Below are positions 60,417-64,000 of a stretch of DNA of 64,000 nt, one piece after another; within the stretch, counting starts at the first letter, position 1; each line of letters opens with the position of its first letter. A program made the translations under genes and the position numbers. The DNA comes from Albidovulum sp. Lineage in GTDB: Bacteria > Pseudomonadota > Alphaproteobacteria > Rhodobacterales > Rhodobacteraceae. Where the stretch lies: positions 465,590 to 529,589 of the forward strand of contig JACKKB010000002.1 of assembly GCA_020637635.1 (NCBI GenBank). Reading direction: 5' to 3'. The notes beneath the pieces are model-generated. The model did not search any database. It saw only the letters and a list, made by a program, of their open reading frames with translations, and was not told the origin of the DNA.

Positions 60417-61667
60417 TCAGCGGAACAGAGACAGGATGCTCTGCGGCGCCTGGTTCGCGATCGAGAGCGACTGGATGCCGAGCTGCTGCTGCACCTGCAG
60501 CGCCTGAAGCCGGGCCGAGGCCTCTTCCATGTCGGCATCAATCATCGAGCCGATACCCGCCTTCAGCGAGTCCGAGAGCTTGCCGATGAAATCGCTCTGG
60601 ATCTCGATCCGGCTCTGCACGGAGCCGAACTCGGCAGCGGCGTCGATACCGGTCTGGATCAGCCCCTCGATCGACCCGAGTGCCGCCGCCGCGCCGTTCG
60701 CGGTGGTGACATCGATCGAGGACAGCGCCCCGAGACCGCCCGAACCGGCATTCTTGAACTGAGCCGTGATCGTGAGGTCCTGCGCCAGCGAAGCCACGGT
60801 ATCGCCATTGGTGTCGGCGACCTTGAAGGTCAGACTGGCGTCGTTGGTGCCGTCATTGGCGGCGAAGTCAACCCGCAGGTCGGTGATCCCGAGGCCGTCT
60901 GCCGCGGATTTCAGACCGGCAGCAATGATGTTCGTGACGGTCCCCGCGCTTTGCGCGGCGTCTTCGGCGGTCACGGTGTAGCTCACTTCCTTGTTCCCGA
61001 GACGGATCGAGATGCTGTCGCCGGCGGCATAGGTGATCGCGTCGTCGAGGACGATCGCGACGCCGGTCGTGTCCGCCTTGGCAAGCGAGGTCGCGGCGCT
61101 GTCAGCCGCAGTCGAGGCACCGGTCGTGCCGGTGAACGCGGCCTTGGCCGTATAGCCACCGACCGAAAGGTTCTGCGCGTTGATGGTGATCGACGAGGTG
61201 GAGACAGTGCCGCTCGATTGCCGGTCAAGCGAGGCAAGCACGTCGACCGTCGACTGCGAGCCGTCGACAAGGTTCAGGCCGCTGAACTGGGCGGAGCCCA
61301 CCACGGTCTTGATCTGGTCGACCAGCGCGGTCACGTCGGTTTGCAGCTTGGTGCGGTCGACGTTGTCCTGCTGGGCGGCAACGATCTTGCCCTTGATCTC
61401 GGTCATCAGGTCGGTGACTGTTTCGGCCGCCTGGCGACCCACCGCGACCGTCGACTCGCCGAGGTTGAGGCTGTCGGAAATGCCCTTGAAGCCTTTCACG
61501 TCCGATTCCATCACCTTCGAAATGGCCCAGACCGCGGCGTTGTCCTTCGCCGACGACACCGCCTTGCCGGTGGAGATCTCGTCCTGAGTCTTCGCGAGGT
61601 TGTTGTTGATGCCACGCAGCGTCTGCAGCGCGACCATGGAGCTGGTATTCGTCAGAATGCTCGACAT
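60417..61667 (-). CDS. fliC: Flagellin (416 aa)
   Basis: N-terminus MSSILTNTSSMVALQTL; C-terminus DADMEEASARLQALQVQQQLGIQSLSIANQAPQSILSLFR. Confidence 0.97.
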   Translation of the reverse strand: MSSILTNTSSMVALQTLRGINNNLAKTQDEISTGKAVSSAKDNAAVWAISKVMESDVKGFKGISDSLNLGESTVAVGRQAAETVTDLMTEIKGKIVAAQQDNVDRTKLQTDVTALVDQIKTVVGSAQFSGLNLVDGSQSTVDVLASLDRQSSGTVSTSSITINAQNLSVGGYTAKAAFTGTTGASTAADSAATSLAKADTTGVAIVLDDAITYAAGDSISIRLGNKEVSYTVTAEDAAQSAGTVTNIIAAGLKSAADGLGITDLRVDFAANDGTNDASLTFKVADTNGDTVASLAQDLTITAQFKNAGSGGLGALSSIDVTTANGAAAALGSIEGLIQTGIDAAAEFGSVQSRIEIQSDFIGKLSDSLKAGIGSMIDADMEEASARLQALQVQQQLGIQSLSIANQAPQSILSLFR

Positions 61668-61818
61668 AAGTCGGTCCTTTTCACGTGAGGGCGCTTCGCG
61701 CCAAAGTGGAACGTCCGCCGCTCGGCGGCATGGAAGGTGTTTCTGACCTTGCGGAGGCGAAGACCGCGAACCGCGCCACCCGGGTTTCGGATGCCTGGGA
61801 ACCATGCGTCCGCAAACC

Positions 61819-61835
61819 CTAAACCTTCGCTAACC
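61819..61835. promoter_or_regulatory. CtrA-like box upstream of flagellin
   Basis: CTAA-ACCTTCG-CTAACC (xTAA-N7-xTAAC). Confidence 0.55.
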
Positions 61836-61873
61836 ACGACAGGGGAATGCAGCGGATTTTATGAAAGTCGGTT

Positions 61874-62227
61874 TCAGATCCGACGCTCGTGGTCCGGGCT
61901 GCCGATGCGCAGAGTCCGGCCGGCGCCGCTCTGGTCGTAGGTCGTCAGGCCCTGGGCGAGCTGTCGTGCAGCAAGCAGCCGGTCACGAACCGCCAGGATG
62001 CCGTCGCGCGCGGCCACGATCAGGCGCGCATTCGCGGCAGCGATCTCCCTCAACCGCACGATCTGGTCGCGCGAGAGCGTCGCGGGCGTGATCTCGTCGA
62101 CAAGGGTTCTGACCCGCTCGCAACAGACCGGAAGCGCCTGCAGGTCGCCCCCCAGCAACGCCGCCCGCGTCTCGGCGAGAAGGCATTCGGCGCGGCGGAG
62201 CGTGTCAGCGTTGCTCCGCAGCATCAC
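61874..62227 (-). CDS. flgN: FlgN-like export chaperone
   Basis: Helical protein with LLAETRAALLGGDL, ANARLI and LTTYD; located between flgJ and fliC. Confidence 0.7.
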   Translation of the reverse strand: MMLRSNADTLRRAECLLAETRAALLGGDLQALPVCCERVRTLVDEITPATLSRDQIVRLREIAAANARLIVAARDGILAVRDRLLAARQLAQGLTTYDQSGAGRTLRIGSPDHERRI

Positions 62228-62504
62228 CGGACCTCCTCACGAGTGCCTCGAAAATGCTCTCGGAGAGACCGACGCCGCCCTTGCGTGCCACCGCGCGCGC
62301 CTCTTCCTGGCGCAGGAACGAGGCGAACTGCTCCTCGCCCGCGCCGCCGCCGAACGCATCGGGCGTTTCGCCAAGGCCCGCGGCCTTGAACATCTCGGCG
62401 AGGAAATTGGCCTCAAGCTCGACCGCGGCGTTCTTCAGCGCCTGTTCCTTCGGCGTCAGGCAGGATGTGGGCGCGAGGCGCTGGACGGCGCATTGCTCGG
62501 TCAT
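62205..62504 (-). CDS. flgJ: Rod-binding protein (short FlgJ without muramidase domain)
   Basis: Segment ELEANFLAEMFK...FGGGAGEEQFASFL. Confidence 0.88.
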   Translation of the reverse strand: MTEQCAVQRLAPTSCLTPKEQALKNAAVELEANFLAEMFKAAGLGETPDAFGGGAGEEQFASFLRQEEARAVARKGGVGLSESIFEALVRRSGDAAEQR

Positions 62505-62552
62505 GGCGATAGCTCCGATTGTCGCGACTTTCGTCCTTCATGCCGGGTCGAA

Positions 62553-62567
62553 GTAAAGAAGTGGTAA
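62553..62567. promoter_or_regulatory. CtrA-like box in the flgJ/fliK divergent promoter
   Basis: GTAA-AGAAGTG-GTAA (xTAA-N7-xTAA). Confidence 0.5.
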
Positions 62568-62613
62568 TCTTGCGATGTCATGGCTGGTTCGACGCAGGCA
62601 GAAGTCGCGGACC

Positions 62614-64000
62614 ATGGAAACATCGCAGATCCTCTTTTCTTCCGTTCCCGGCGTGACGCCGGTCCCCGCCCCGACAACCGGGCCAGGCACCATCGCCTCC
62701 GCGGCCGCCACCGAGCCGCCTTTCGGCACCCTTTTCGCGCGGATCGGCTCGCAGGGCACAGCCGGGGGCGAGCGGACCCGCTCCGATGGTCGCGCGCGCG
62801 CCGAGCCGCTTGACGGGCCCGCGCAAGACGCCGAGGAGACCCTGGTCGCGGGCCTCGCGGTGCTGGCCTCCGGCTGGACCTTCGACCCCGGGGCGGACGT
62901 CACGCTGAAGGTTCATGGATCAGACCCGCAGGTGGACCCACTCTCTCCTGCCGATGATGCGATCGACCGGATCCGCGTTGCCTCGATCCCGTTCCGCGAT
63001 GCCGCAATGCCCGCCGCGGCGGCACTTCCCGGCGCCGAACAGAGAGGGCCGGGTTTCGAAACGGGGGCCGCTGCCGCACCAGTCGAACCTGTTGCCGCCG
63101 ATGCGATCCTGCCGGGCGCTCTGCTCTCCCCGGCAGCGGCCGGCACCGCCGTATCCGTGCCTGCCGACCCGCCCTTCGATGCGGCGAGTGCCCCGCCGGC
63201 GAAGCTCGCAGCCCAGGTTCCGGCGGGAGCCGACATGCGGCCGCAGCCGGCCGAGGTGCTGGATACGGCCTCGGTTTCGGGCCAGGCGGGGCGGGTTCAT
63301 TCGGAGCGCGAAGGGCCCGAAACCGCGCGCGCTGACCCCCGCAACCAGCAGGAAGGCGCCGCAGCGGTTCGATCCTCGGTCCCTGCGGCGGCAATGCTGT
63401 CGACGGCCCATGCGAGGGGAACCGCCGAGGCGGCCGCAACCTCGCCGGCCGGACATGAGTCGCGCCCGCCCCTTCGGGCCGATGCGGACGGGGGCCCAAC
63501 GCCCTATGAAATCGCGTTCGTGGCCAAGGCCGAGCCCTCGCCGCACGGCAGGTCGGTCGCGGTCAGCTCCGACGTGAACGACAGGGTCGGCCAGCTTGTG
63601 GCGAGCCGCGCAGCCGCGCAGCCGTCGGCCGCTCACAAAGGCGAGGCCGCCAAGCCGGAAACTGCGACGGACGGGACGGATGATCGGAGCCCCCGTCCGG
63701 ATGCTCCGGCATCGGCAGCCGAGGCTCGCGAAGCGCGCCTCGCGGGCGCCTTCGCAGCGGCGACGCCCGGTGCGCCGGAAGCGCGTCCGGCGAGACCCGC
63801 CAGCGATGAACCGCATGTCCGGACGGCGGGGCAGGTCGGCCGCGGAGAAGAGCCCGGAACCACGCAGGACAAGCGCGAAGGATCGGTCGGCGAGGCACGG
63901 ACCGGCGCCCTCGCGCCGGCACATGCGAACGCGAACAGCGCCACGATCGCGCAGGACAAGCCTGACGTCGACCACCTCCGCGAACCTCTCGAGACCAGCC
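62614..64000 (+). CDS. fliK: Probable hook-length control protein FliK (N-terminal low-complexity part; runs off the window)
   Basis: Frame from ATG 62614 (METSQILFSSVPG...) is Ala/Pro/Glu-rich and appears open to the window end. It is divergent from flgJ, as in fla1 clusters. The diagnostic C-terminal domain is not in the window. Confidence 0.65.
   Translation, partial: METSQILFSSVPGVTPVPAPTTGPGTIASAAATEPPFGTLFARIGSQGTAGGERTRSDGRARAEPLDGPAQDAEETLVAGLAVLASGWTFDPGADVTLKVHGSDPQVDPLSPADDAIDRIRVASIPFRDAAMPAAAALPGAEQRGPGFETGAAAAPVEPVAADAILPGALLSPAAAGTAVSVPADPPFDAASAPPAKLAAQVPAGADMRPQPAEVLDTASVSGQAGRVHSEREGPETARADPRNQQEGAAAVRSSVPAAAMLSTAHARGTAEAAATSPAGHESRPPLRADADGGPTPYEIAFVAKAEPSPHGRSVAVSSDVNDRVGQLVASRAAAQPSAAHKGEAAKPETATDGTDDRSPRPDAPASAAEAREARLAGAFAAATPGAPEARPARPASDEPHVRTAGQVGRGEEPGTTQDKREGSVGEARTGALAPAHANANSATIAQDKPDVDHLREPLETS

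Overview
High-GC alphaproteobacterial DNA, Rhodobacteraceae-like by gene content. From left to right the window holds six blocks. (1) A LysR-controlled peptide/amino-acid catabolic operon: OppA-type binding protein, AotO/CphZ-like M14 hydrolase and class-III aminotransferase. (2) A complete accessory N-ATPase operon, atpDCQRBEFAG, whose c subunit has a Na+-type motif. (3) Decayed fragments of a fructose frcR/frcC/frcA locus. (4) A ~16-kb Wzx/Wzy exopolysaccharide cluster resembling the succinoglycan exo genes (exoY, A, L, M, V, P, Q-like, GH16), but with three PAPS-dependent sulfotransferases and a degenerate Wzc kinase. (5) A DeoR-regulated module made of a TRAP transporter, a two-subunit flavo/Fe-S oxidoreductase and a GlpK-like kinase; its active-site substitutions point to a cationic amino-alcohol (serinol-like) substrate rather than glycerol or a carboxylate. 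A polyol dehydrogenase follows it. (6) A ~25-kb Rhodobacteraceae fla1-type flagellar cluster with CtrA-like boxes, ending abruptly at fliP. The best candidates for undescribed systems are the putative amino-polyol uptake/kinase/oxidase pathway (29.4-37.7 kb) and the putative sulfated and pyruvylated succinoglycan-like EPS (12.7-28.4 kb). All family assignments come from motifs recognised by eye and from recalled sequences; no database search was run.
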